From NCBI RefSeq assembly GCF_035285525.1, contig NZ_JAYKGW010000001.1:1-26546 (forward strand): 26,546 nt of DNA, written 5' to 3'. This document shows, in pieces, positions 1-7,930 of the stretch (the stretch's first letter is position 1; each line of letters opens with the position of its first letter). Source of the stretch: Okeania sp. (lineage in GTDB: Bacteria > Cyanobacteriota > Cyanobacteriia > Cyanobacteriales > Microcoleaceae). Position numbers and translations under genes: made by a program. The notes under the pieces are model-generated. The model was not told the origin of the DNA. It worked only from the letters and a program-made list of their open reading frames with translations, and made no database searches.

Positions 1-170
1 GTTGTGGCCTTGATTGAGATGGTGTACTTGCCCTGGGTTGTGGCCTTGATTGAGATGGTGTACTTGCCTGAGGTTGTGGCCTTGATTGAGATGGTGTACT
101 TGCCTGAGGTTGTGGCCTTGATTGAGATGGTGTACTTACTCTGGGTTGTGGCCTTAGTTGAGTTATATTT
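1..170. repeat. 36-bp tandem repeat, about 4.5 copies (gttgtggccttgattgagatggtgtacttgccyngg), coding on the minus strand for the repeat SRPQPxxSTPSQ
   Basis: Copies start at 1, 37, 73 and 109, with a degenerate copy at 145. The period is a multiple of 3 and lies in frame with the minus-strand CDS. Confidence 0.85.
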
Positions 171-838
171 GATTGGAAAGCAGGTGGCCGAGAACGTAAG
201 TTTTGATTTTCTTGATTAGGTCTTCTTCTTGGAGGCAATCGTTGTGAGTTTTGTTGTGGGGCAGCTTGACTTAAATCTGGAAACTGGTTGGTAGGTTGAG
301 TTCTCCTGGGTTGAGTCCAAGAAGAGGGTAACTTAGGTTCTGGTAGACTTGGGATATCTGGTACTCGTTGACTACCTAGTTCAGGAAGTTGGGTAAATAT
401 AGAATCACCTGTCCCATCAGTCTCTCGAGATGGTACTGGAATAGTTGGTAAGCCAGAGAAAGGATCTTTTGTATCTATAATTCCTGGAGTAGAAGTTTGC
501 GTTTGAGAAGTTGTATCAGTTTGAACCTCTTGCTTAAGAGATGACGTTCTCTCATTCGGGTCTGTAGACCTGATTAAATCTGTGGATATTTCCGACTTTT
601 CAGGAACATCTGGAGATGGAAAAAGCCCATCAGTCTTCTGAGGAACATCTGGAGATGGAGAAACTCCATCAGTCGGTGTTGGAGATGGAGATTCTGGAAC
701 TTCTGATGTTGGGCTAGGAGAAGTTTCTGGAGTGTTGGTGGTAGAACTATCTGTTTTATTGAAAAAAGGAAGAGAGTCACATCCATTTATCCAGATAGAT
801 AGTATACTTACTCCTACTGTTAAGAAAAGTTTACGCAT
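1..838 (-). CDS. Partial CDS (N-terminal 279 codons; continues past window start): probable secreted lipoprotein, Pro/Ser/Thr/Gln-rich, ending in 12-aa tandem repeats
   Basis: Absent from the ORF track because it has no stop codon inside the window. Hand translation of the minus strand from the ATG (complement of 838-836) stays open to position 2. It reads MRKLFLTVGVSILSIWINGCDSLPFFNKTDSSTTNTPETSPSPTSEVPESPSPTPTDGVSPSPDVPQK...RPQPRVSTPSQSRPQPQASTPSQSRPQ. A hydrophobic leader is followed by Cys20 in a lipobox-like INGC context. Confidence 0.7.
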   Translation of the reverse strand, partial: MRKLFLTVGVSILSIWINGCDSLPFFNKTDSSTTNTPETSPSPTSEVPESPSPTPTDGVSPSPDVPQKTDGLFPSPDVPEKSEISTDLIRSTDPNERTSSLKQEVQTDTTSQTQTSTPGIIDTKDPFSGLPTIPVPSRETDGTGDSIFTQLPELGSQRVPDIPSLPEPKLPSSWTQPRRTQPTNQFPDLSQAAPQQNSQRLPPRRRPNQENQNLRSRPPAFQSNITQLRPQPRVSTPSQSRPQPQASTPSQSRPQPQASTPSQSRPQPRASTPSQSRPQ

Positions 839-1185
839 TACAAATATAAAAAGCCTAATATTGCATAGGATAACATTCTCTTCAAGCAAGCTTCACTAAA
901 TTGGAAATAATCAAAAAGCTCAGGGTTGGTATTTTAATTTTCTTTCTATCTAAGTTTAGACCCATTTTAAAGTGCATCTTAGCAAGTAAAATACAGGATA
1001 TTTCGGGTAAAGTAGGTACAGGATAAATTATGGAAATATTGTAATGCTGGCCGGAAAGCCCGCGTAAGTGTATCCTACGAAAGTCAAATTTGGTGTAATT
1101 TCCATTTGAATAGTTACACTTCCGAGGCAGGAAGGCAGAAGGAAAAACGAAAAGAAAAGTTGAAAGGAAAAAGGTTTTTTATTAT

Positions 1186-1262
1186 TAGACATCTCCAAAA
1201 ATCAAAATTAAAATCAATTATTCTATACGAAATTATTAATCATTCTTTCCTGTTCCCTCTTT
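1186..1262. mobile_element. Truncated copy of MITE family C (terminal sequence TAGACATCTCCAAAAA)
   Basis: The left end tagacatctccaaaaatcaaaa and the internal attctttcctgttccctctttt match the complete copies at 7453-7815 and 16181-16293. The right end is replaced by the family B element that starts at 1263. Confidence 0.5.
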
Positions 1263-1537
1263 TATAGACACCCTAAACGGTTCTGTGAAAAGGTAATAGG
1301 GGAGTAGAGGAGATGGGATAGCAGGAGTTTCCTTGGTCAGAAACTGCGGAAAAAGATTGAAACAGGACTTACGCATCAAACTGCGTTATCATCTCACATT
1401 TATAAAATAGCGAACAACAATAATCACAGGCGAAAACCAGGTTTCTTGGTTGGCGGCAGGTAAGTCCTGTGAAAAATACCCCCCGACTCCCCGACTCCCT
1501 CACTCCCTATCCTAGATACGGTTAGGGGTTCTATAGA
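1263..1537. mobile_element. MITE family B (TIR TATAGAaCCCTAAaCGG.TCT) carrying G-rich heptamer arrays, with a nested family A MITE at 1364-1468
   Basis: The inverted ends are tatagacaccctaaacggttct and agatacggttaggggttctataga. The internal element 1364-1468 is bounded by aggacttacgca and ggtaagtcct. Related copies lie at 12283-12487 and 18215-18406. Confidence 0.6.
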
Positions 1538-1847
1538 GATGTTGATTGATTATCCGGAGATGATATTAGAAGTTAGATAGAATAATCATCGGATTGGCAA
1601 TATACAGAAGTCATCTGACTTAGTAATACATATTTTCAATGCGTATTAGCTTATTACCCTTAAAACAAAAATTAGTGTTGAGAGATTTAAGGAGAATTAA
1701 AAGTATTGGAAAAAAAGCTGCTCTTGACTATTAGAGGTGTATATTCATTATTTATGAGGCTAATAGCTGAATTGTTACAAAATGCTACATTAGTATTTTT
1801 AGATTATTCATTATAAAACCGAGATGAGGTATAAAAGGTAAGAAATT

Positions 1848-3446
1848 ATGAATGATGGTTCTATATCTCCGGTGGTGCTAATTATTTTAGATGGTTGGGG
1901 TTATCGAGAAGACAAAGATGGAAATGCCATTGCTGTGGGTAAAACACCTAATATAGATAGTCTTTGGCAAGCTTATCCAAGAACTTTGATTCAAGCTTCT
2001 GGGAAAGCAGTAGGTTTACCAGAAGGTCAAATGGGTAACTCAGAAGTTGGTCACTTAAATATTGGAGCGGGGAGAGTTGTTCCCCAGGAATTAGTGAGAA
2101 TTTCTGATGCAGTAGAAGATGGTTCAATAGCAGAAAATCAAGCTATTGAAAAGATTTGCCAGGATGTGATAGAACGTAATTCTAAATTACACTTAGTAGG
2201 TTTATGTTCCCCTGGAGGAGTTCATTCCCATATAGACCATTTATTAGGTTTACTGGACATGGCTAAGGCCAAAGGAATTTCTGATATTTGTATTCATGCC
2301 ATTACTGATGGACGTGATACAAATCCTAAATCAGGAGTTGCTATGCTTAAACAAATAGAATATCATACTAATCAAATTGGTGTAGGCAGAATTGCTACAG
2401 TTAGTGGTCGGTATTATGCAATGGATCGGGATAAGCGATGGGATAGAATTCAGAAAGCTTATGAAGTAATGACTCAGGATGGTTATGGAGTAGGTCATTC
2501 TGCTTCTGATTTACTACAAAAGTCTTATGCTGAAGGTATAACAGATGAGTTTGTCATCCCAGTTAGAGTAGCTCCAGGAGCTATAGAAGCAGAAGATGGT
2601 GTAATTTTCTTTAATTTTCGCCCAGATCGTGCCCGGCAATTAACTCAAGCTTTTGTAGACCCAGGTTTTAATGGATTTGAACGCCAACAAATTCAACCAT
2701 TGACATTTTTAACTTTTACTCAGTACGATTCTAGTCTGCCAGTTTTAGTGGCTTTTGAACCTCAAAATTTTAATAATATTCTGGGACAGGTAATTTCTCA
2801 ACATGGTCTGCGTCAGTTCCGGACTGCGGAAACTGAAAAGTATGCTCATGTGACTTACTTTTTTAATGGGGGTTTTGAACAACCATTTGAGGGAGAAGAC
2901 CGAGAGTTGGTTCAGAGTCCTATGGTAGCTCATTATAATGAAGCACCAGAAATGTCTGCTGAAGAGGTGACAAAAGTAGCGATCGCTGCGGTAAAAAAGC
3001 AAATCTATTCTCTAGTCGTGATTAATTATGCTAATCCTGATATGGTGGGTCATACTGGAGTAATGGATGCTGCGGTAACTGCCATTCAGGTAGTTGACGA
3101 ATGTATAGGAAAACTTTTAGAAAGTATTAGTCGAGTGGGTGGTACAGGGATTATTATTGCTGACCATGGCAATGCTGAGTATATGTGGGATGAAGATGGT
3201 AATCCTTGGACAGCTCACACAACTAATCCGGTACCATTTATACTAATAGAGGGAGAAAAACTTAAAATTCCTGGTCATGGGACTGAAGTACCTTTAAAAA
3301 AGGATGGGCGGTTAGCAGATGTAGCACCAACTATTTTGGAAATTCTCAATTTGCCTCAACCTGCTGAAATGACTGGAAAGTCAATGATTGATAAGGCCGA
3401 GTATGATTTGAAACAAAATCGTACTCCTGTGCGAGTGGGTTTATAA
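1848..3446 (+). CDS. gpmI: 2,3-bisphosphoglycerate-independent phosphoglycerate mutase
   Basis: 532 aa. Contains the iPGM hallmarks VLIILDGWG, GNSEVGHLNIGAGR (catalytic Ser region), ITDGRDT, NYANPDMVGHTG and ADHGNAE. Followed by secG, as in many cyanobacteria. Confidence 0.95.
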   Translation: MNDGSISPVVLIILDGWGYREDKDGNAIAVGKTPNIDSLWQAYPRTLIQASGKAVGLPEGQMGNSEVGHLNIGAGRVVPQELVRISDAVEDGSIAENQAIEKICQDVIERNSKLHLVGLCSPGGVHSHIDHLLGLLDMAKAKGISDICIHAITDGRDTNPKSGVAMLKQIEYHTNQIGVGRIATVSGRYYAMDRDKRWDRIQKAYEVMTQDGYGVGHSASDLLQKSYAEGITDEFVIPVRVAPGAIEAEDGVIFFNFRPDRARQLTQAFVDPGFNGFERQQIQPLTFLTFTQYDSSLPVLVAFEPQNFNNILGQVISQHGLRQFRTAETEKYAHVTYFFNGGFEQPFEGEDRELVQSPMVAHYNEAPEMSAEEVTKVAIAAVKKQIYSLVVINYANPDMVGHTGVMDAAVTAIQVVDECIGKLLESISRVGGTGIIIADHGNAEYMWDEDGNPWTAHTTNPVPFILIEGEKLKIPGHGTEVPLKKDGRLADVAPTILEILNLPQPAEMTGKSMIDKAEYDLKQNRTPVRVGL

Positions 3447-3509
3447 GGTTTCTCAACACTAAGATTATTAGTGAATTTTTTAAACTGTTATTGAAAGAAT
3501 CAGAAGAAT

Positions 3510-3743
3510 ATGAATGTTGTTCAACTTGCGGAAATTATCTGGGTTATATCCGCTCTTGGTATTATTATATTTGTCTTGTTACACAGCCCGAAAGGTGATG
3601 GGATAGGTGGTATTGGCGGACAAGCTCAGTTATTTACTAGCACTAAAAGTGCGGAGATAACTTTAAATCGAATTACTTGGACTTTATCTATAGTGTTTAT
3701 GGGTCTCACTATACTTCTGAGTGCCGGGTGGTTGCCTCAGTAA
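3510..3743 (+). CDS. secG: Preprotein translocase subunit SecG
   Basis: 77 aa with two hydrophobic helices flanking a Gly-rich loop (SPKGDGIGGIGGQAQLFTS). Sits immediately downstream of gpmI. Confidence 0.85.
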   Translation: MNVVQLAEIIWVISALGIIIFVLLHSPKGDGIGGIGGQAQLFTSTKSAEITLNRITWTLSIVFMGLTILLSAGWLPQ

Positions 3744-4011
3744 GAAGTTAGAGGTCAGAAGTCAGAATTCGGAAGTTAAATTCTCGCTGTAACTAAAAAT
3801 GAGTTTTTCCTATGGAAATGCTCCGCTAAAGAGAATATAGTAATTTCCTAATCTTTGCTTTGACTGTTATTATACTTTCCCAGACAAATATCTGGGAAAT
3901 TAGTGAATCTAATTATAACAGTCATTTAAGTGGGATGGGCATCCTGCGGGTAGAAAATATAAGGAACGGGCAAGATGCCCTCATACTTCCTCCAAAGACC
4001 TAGAAGGCAAA

Positions 4012-4049
4012 CCCAGAAACCCGGTTTCTTGAAGAAACCGGGTTTCTCT
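4012..4049. repeat. Palindromic hairpin repeat family D (AGAAACCCGGTTTCT-n-AGAAACCGGGTTTCT), located between the convergent secG and TPR genes
   Basis: cccagaaacccggtttcttgaagaaaccgggtttctctg. Near-identical copies occur at 12889-12925 and 18075-18112. It lies 10 nt beyond the TPR gene stop. It could act as a bidirectional terminator, but no U-tract follows it on either strand. Confidence 0.7.
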
Positions 4050-4059
4050 GTCTCCCTAT

Positions 4060-4881
4060 TTATCTAATTTTAAGAAATTTTTCTAAACTATCAACTAATG
4101 TTGGTGGCCAACGACGAATATTAGCTACCCAATCAAGGTCTTGATACCGAGGGTCTAATCCTACAGTAGCGACCCAATTACTTTCTGCTTCTCCCTTTTT
4201 TCCTTGCGACCAAAGACAAGCTGTTAAAGCTGCCCGCATATCTGCAAAGTTGGGATATTTACGAACAAGATTTTTTATAGTTTGGACTGCTTTTTGAGTT
4301 TGTCCAATTTGGTAGAGAGCTAGAGCATAATTAGCACGAGCAAAAGCGTATTCAGGGGCTAATTCTGAGGCTTTTTGATAATCTGCGGTAGCTTTTTCCC
4401 ATTCTCCTAGTCCTCCTTCTGCATTGCCACGGTTATTATAGGCAACTGGGTCTGTTGGGTCTAATTCTATGACTTGATTATAATCAGCGATCGCTTCTGA
4501 CCATTGTTGGAGTCTTTCATAAGCTATACCACGATTTAGGTAGGGGTCTGGTGCTAAGGGTACAATTTCTATTGCTTTTTCATAATCGGATATTGCTGCT
4601 TCTATTTTGTTTTGGCTGAGTCTGACATTACCTCTGTTACTCCAGATAGCAGGGTTGTCGGGATATTGTTTGAGGATTTGAGTCCATAATTGTTCGGCGT
4701 TGGTAAAGTCTCCGTTATTACTGGTGTTTAAGGCTTGATCAAATAGATTTTCTAATTTTTCTATTTGGGTGGGAGTAAAATTTTGTGGTTGACTGGCAGC
4801 TATTACATTTGATGGGTGACTCAAGGAAAATAGAGATAATAAAAGGGTTGTTATGAAAAGTTGGCGAATTAAGTTCGGCAT
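4060..4881 (-). CDS. Secreted tetratricopeptide (TPR) repeat protein
   Basis: 273 aa. N-terminal signal-like segment LFITTLLLSLFSLSHPSNVIAA. Contains several 34-aa TPR units with AxxxYxxAIELxPxxxxAYxNRG patterns. Confidence 0.8.
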   Translation of the reverse strand: MPNLIRQLFITTLLLSLFSLSHPSNVIAASQPQNFTPTQIEKLENLFDQALNTSNNGDFTNAEQLWTQILKQYPDNPAIWSNRGNVRLSQNKIEAAISDYEKAIEIVPLAPDPYLNRGIAYERLQQWSEAIADYNQVIELDPTDPVAYNNRGNAEGGLGEWEKATADYQKASELAPEYAFARANYALALYQIGQTQKAVQTIKNLVRKYPNFADMRAALTACLWSQGKKGEAESNWVATVGLDPRYQDLDWVANIRRWPPTLVDSLEKFLKIR

Positions 4882-4934
4882 ATTGATAATTTAGTTATAT
4901 TGTCGGTTAGTATCTTATAGTGCTTTTCATTGTT

Positions 4935-5048
4935 ATATCATGTCCGGTAGCATCGAAAGCGTGTATAAAATTAAGGTGAAAATGAGATAAAACCTTTTAC
5001 CTTCAACATAGCTGCTTTCTGCCTTTTCCACCAAAGTCTAATATAAAC
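4935..5048 (-). mobile_element. MITE family G copy (end TTATATCATGTCCGG), inverted relative to the copy at 7087-7214; far end truncated where a family A MITE is inserted
   Basis: Aligns by eye to the reverse complement of 7087-7214. Shared blocks are atatcatgtccg-tag-atcg, gcgtgtataaaatyaaggtgaaaat and ttctgcctt. Confidence 0.55.
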
Positions 5049-5137
5049 AGGACTTACACAAAGGTACTATGTATAGATTTAAAAAACTATTGCGGAAGGG
5101 TTTTTGAGGCTATATGTAGCGTCTCTGCGTAAGTCCT
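5049..5137. mobile_element. MITE family A (TIR AGGACTTACGCA / TGCGTAAGTCCT), about 90 bp
   Basis: aggacttacacaaaggtactat...aaaaaactattgc...gtctctgcgtaagtcct. Same family as 1364-1468, 7518-7612, 22249-22338 and 25377-25460. Many solo ends (gcgtaagtcct) are scattered elsewhere. Confidence 0.75.
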
Positions 5138-5728
5138 AATAAAATCCGGTTGAATAGGGTTTGCTGAAAAAGTCTTTTAGTAGCGGGGAGGAGCCAGAAG
5201 CCAGAAGCCAGAATCCAGGAAGAATAGCAGTTATAAAGGAATTAGCTAGAAAAATTGTCTCTTAATTTTTCTCAAGAACAAAACTTTTTCTGTTAACTTT
5301 TTCACCTATTTGACCTAAAAGCTGATACTTTTTCCCGACATAAAATTGCTAAAAAGTTAGTTTGTCTGTCAATACTTTCATGTTTCCATACGCCAGCCCT
5401 AAATACTCGTTATATAGTTGTCGGAGATGGGGAGATGGGGAGATTGAAGTGTAGAAAAAATTATGAACATATACAGCAGTCGAAGCAAAGGTTAAGACAG
5501 TTCAAAAGCTGAAAACTCAGACAACGCCAGATTCTTCCTTCTTTCTTCTACTATATACTTGTAACCGGATTCTATATAATTAGGGTTTGCGCTCAAAAGT
5601 CTCTATTTTAGGGGTAGGAGTCAGGAGGGGGATGCAGAAGGGAATATTGGTTCAAAACAAAAAGGTTTTTTCTCACTGATTGTTTGGAGATGATATGATT
5701 CCTGGATAATACAGCAGTTTTTATTTCG

Positions 5729-5818
5729 GTAGACCACAGTAGGGACGCCCTTATGCAACGTCCCTACGAGATTTTGGTTATGGCTCCGGTGGTTCATCAA
5801 GAGTGAAAAGCGCTGTAG
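5729..5818 (+). repeat. Dispersed repeat family E: hairpin GTAGRGAC...GTCYCTAC plus a conserved 49-nt tail
   Basis: The 49-nt tail agattttggttatggctccggtggttcatcaagagtgaaaagcgctgta is identical in the copy at 16405-16493. A diverged copy lies at 23139-23214. Hairpin-only relatives occur near 13030, 17943, 18590 and 25783. Confidence 0.75.
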
Positions 5819-5992
5819 GTACTAGGAAGATAAAAAAATATCTGACAGACTAGAAAATCTTTACCGATTCTTTACATTCTCTAACTATAACTATATTTGT
5901 GAGGCTAAAAGTTCAGCTTTAAATATACATAAATAGGACAGCTTTTACTGTTAGCCAAGCAAAAATGAACATATTATTATTGGAGAAAAAAA

Positions 5993-7075
5993 ATGCCATC
6001 AGATTTTGACACAGAACTTGAGTTAGGTACTGATATTGACAATTCTGACTTTCCTTTAACTCCAGAAACAATTGTATCCTATCGGGCAAAAATTGATGAT
6101 GATGATGATGAGGACGATGAGGACGATGAGGACGATGATGAGGACGATGATGAGGACGATGATGAGGACGATGATGAGGACGATGATGATGAGGACGATG
6201 ATGAGGACGATGACGAGGACGATGATGAGGACGATGAGGACGATGATGAGGACGATGAGGACGATGATGAGGACGATGATGATGAGGACGATGATGAGGA
6301 CGATGAGGACGATGATGAGGACGATGACGAGGACGATGATGATGAGGACGATGATGAAGACGATGATGATAACAATGTGATTGAGGGGACTGACCAAAAT
6401 GACTCACTGGTTGGTACAAATAATGACGACTTAATCAATGGTCTTGAAGGCGATGATACAGTTACAGGTAAGAGTGGCAATGATGAGATATTTGGTGGTC
6501 CTGGTAGCGATCGCTTGATTGGTAATGGTGGTGATGACGAACTCCAAGGTGGTCTCGGTAATGACGAACTCTTAGGTGGTCGAGGTAACGACGAAATTTG
6601 GGGTGATAATGGTAATGACCAACTCCGAGGTGGTCGTGGTCATGACGAACTTTTAGGTGGTCGAGGTAACGACAAAATTTGGGGTGATAATGGTAATGAC
6701 GAATTAATCGGTGGTCGTGGTAATGACGAATTAATCGGTGGTCGAGGCAATGATACCCTCACAGGTGGTCGTGGTAATGACGAATTAATCGGTGGTCAGG
6801 GTAATGACGAACTCCGAGGTGGTCAGGACGATGATATCCTCACAGGTGGTAGCGGTAATGATACCTTTGTCCTGGAGGTGGGTCAAGGGACAGACACTAT
6901 TCGTGATTTCAATGTGGGTCAAGATTTCATTGGTTTGGTAGGTTTCAGCTTTGACGAGTTAGATATTAGTACCTCTGAAGGCAATACTATAATTGAGTTT
7001 GGTACTGAAACTATAGCTATTCTTAATGGAGTTGATGCCAGCACTCTAACTGAGAGTTCTTTTGAGATTATCTAA
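5993..7075 (+). CDS. Hemolysin-type (RTX) calcium-binding repeat protein with a 92-residue poly-Asp/Glu tract
   Basis: 360 aa. GGAG lies 7 nt upstream of the ATG. Residues about 35-126 are exclusively D and E. About 16 nonapeptide GGxGxDxL(x) repeats follow (GGRGNDELIGGRGNDTLTGG...). The C-terminus carries a TFVLEVGQGTDTIRDFNVGQDFIGL module typical of RTX proteins. Confidence 0.85.
   Translation: MPSDFDTELELGTDIDNSDFPLTPETIVSYRAKIDDDDDEDDEDDEDDDEDDDEDDDEDDDEDDDDEDDDEDDDEDDDEDDEDDDEDDEDDDEDDDDEDDDEDDEDDDEDDDEDDDDEDDDEDDDDNNVIEGTDQNDSLVGTNNDDLINGLEGDDTVTGKSGNDEIFGGPGSDRLIGNGGDDELQGGLGNDELLGGRGNDEIWGDNGNDQLRGGRGHDELLGGRGNDKIWGDNGNDELIGGRGNDELIGGRGNDTLTGGRGNDELIGGQGNDELRGGQDDDILTGGSGNDTFVLEVGQGTDTIRDFNVGQDFIGLVGFSFDELDISTSEGNTIIEFGTETIAILNGVDASTLTESSFEII
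6095..6370 (+). repeat. Imperfect trinucleotide/9-15 nt microsatellite, (GAG GAC GAT[GAT]0-2)n, encoding 70 Asp + 22 Glu
   Basis: Read directly from the sequence. There are 22 units, each starting with GAG (one GAA) followed by GAC and then one to three GAT (one GAC). All six reading frames are open across it, which creates spurious ORFs. Confidence 0.95.
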
Positions 7076-7086
7076 AGGAAGTTCTA

Positions 7087-7214
7087 ATATCATGTCCGGT
7101 TGAATAGTTACATTTTGGAGAAAGGAAGGCAGAAGAGAAACTTTTCTGCTATTTTCACCTTGATTTTATACACGCACGGTGCCCGAAAAATCCGATACTA
7201 ACGGACATGATATA
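7087..7214 (+). mobile_element. MITE family G, complete copy (TIR ATATCATGTCCG / CGGACATGATAT), 128 bp
   Basis: Perfect 12-nt terminal inverted repeats. Starts 12 nt after the stop of the acidic RTX gene. The inverted homologue at 4935-5048 lies on the other side of that gene. Confidence 0.7.
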
Positions 7215-7452
7215 ATCAGGACTTACGCAAAGACACTATATAATATAGAATCCCTAAGCGTATCTTTAAAAAAAATAAGCGATCGCTAATCTCTTCAGTA
7301 TTAGTGGGATAAAACAAAGATTAATTTTGGCAGTAGCATTTTCCTTTCTTTCTTTCAAAATTTTTCGTCAAGCTTTTATATAGAATCCGGTTGAATAGTG
7401 ATTGTATAGCAATGTGCGCACTTAATCTTTACAAATTGCAGGAACTGTCCAA

Positions 7453-7815
7453 TAGACATCTCCAAAAATGAAAAATCAAATCATATCATATCAAATCCGC
7501 TTAATTGCAAAAATATCACGACTTACGCAAAGGTACTATATGTATTGTATAGTTAAAAAACTATTGTACAATAGTTTTAAGCACTATATCTAGGGTCGCT
7601 GCGTAAGTCCTGAAATATGATATATGTTTGTAATTTAAGAAATTACTTCAATCCCCCCATCCCCCCATCATCCCATCCCCCCATCTCCCCATCTCCTCCA
7701 ACTATATAATAACTATTCAACCGGATTTGATATCAATTCTTATCCATAAATTATCAATTCTTTCTTCCTGTTACCAGTTAAGTGTTACCTGTCCCCTCTT
7801 TTCTGGAGATGTCTA
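7453..7815. mobile_element. MITE family C (TAGACATCTCCAAAAA ... TTTCTGGAGATGTCTA) with a nested family A MITE (7518-7612) and a C-rich heptamer array (about 7655-7700)
   Basis: The terminal inverted repeats are readable at both ends. The internal ttcttcctgttacc...cccctctttt matches the 113-bp copy at 16181-16293. The nested element is bounded by cgacttacgca and gcgtaagtcct. Confidence 0.6.
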
Positions 7816-7930
7816 ATAATTATAGAATTATCAACACATACTTATATAACCGAATTCTATATAAGATAAAATCCGGATAATTAATATCCCCAAGTCCGCA
7901 GCAACTGGAACGGAGTGGAAAGAAGCAATC

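Noticed and set aside
4-786. ORFs 4-219 (+) and 574-786 (-)
   Set aside because: The first is the antisense reading of the 36-bp tandem repeat. The second is out of frame inside the longer open minus-strand frame 1-838, which has a proper signal or lipoprotein leader.
1724-1751. Possible sigma70-type promoter for gpmI (TTGACT at 1724-1729 with CATTAT 16 nt downstream)
   Set aside because: The -10 match is weak and the region is AT-rich, so such matches are expected by chance. It is not supportable without TSS data.
5919-6480. Four extra ORFs across the acidic tract: His/Pro/Arg-rich (5919-6419 -), Ile/Val/Leu-rich (6056-6397 -), Met/Arg/Thr-rich (6072-6380 +) and poly-Ser (6079-6480 -)
   Set aside because: All are by-products of the GAG-GAC-GAT repeat, which has no stop codon in any frame. 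Only the plus-strand frame 5993-7075 continues into recognisable RTX repeats and has an SD sequence.
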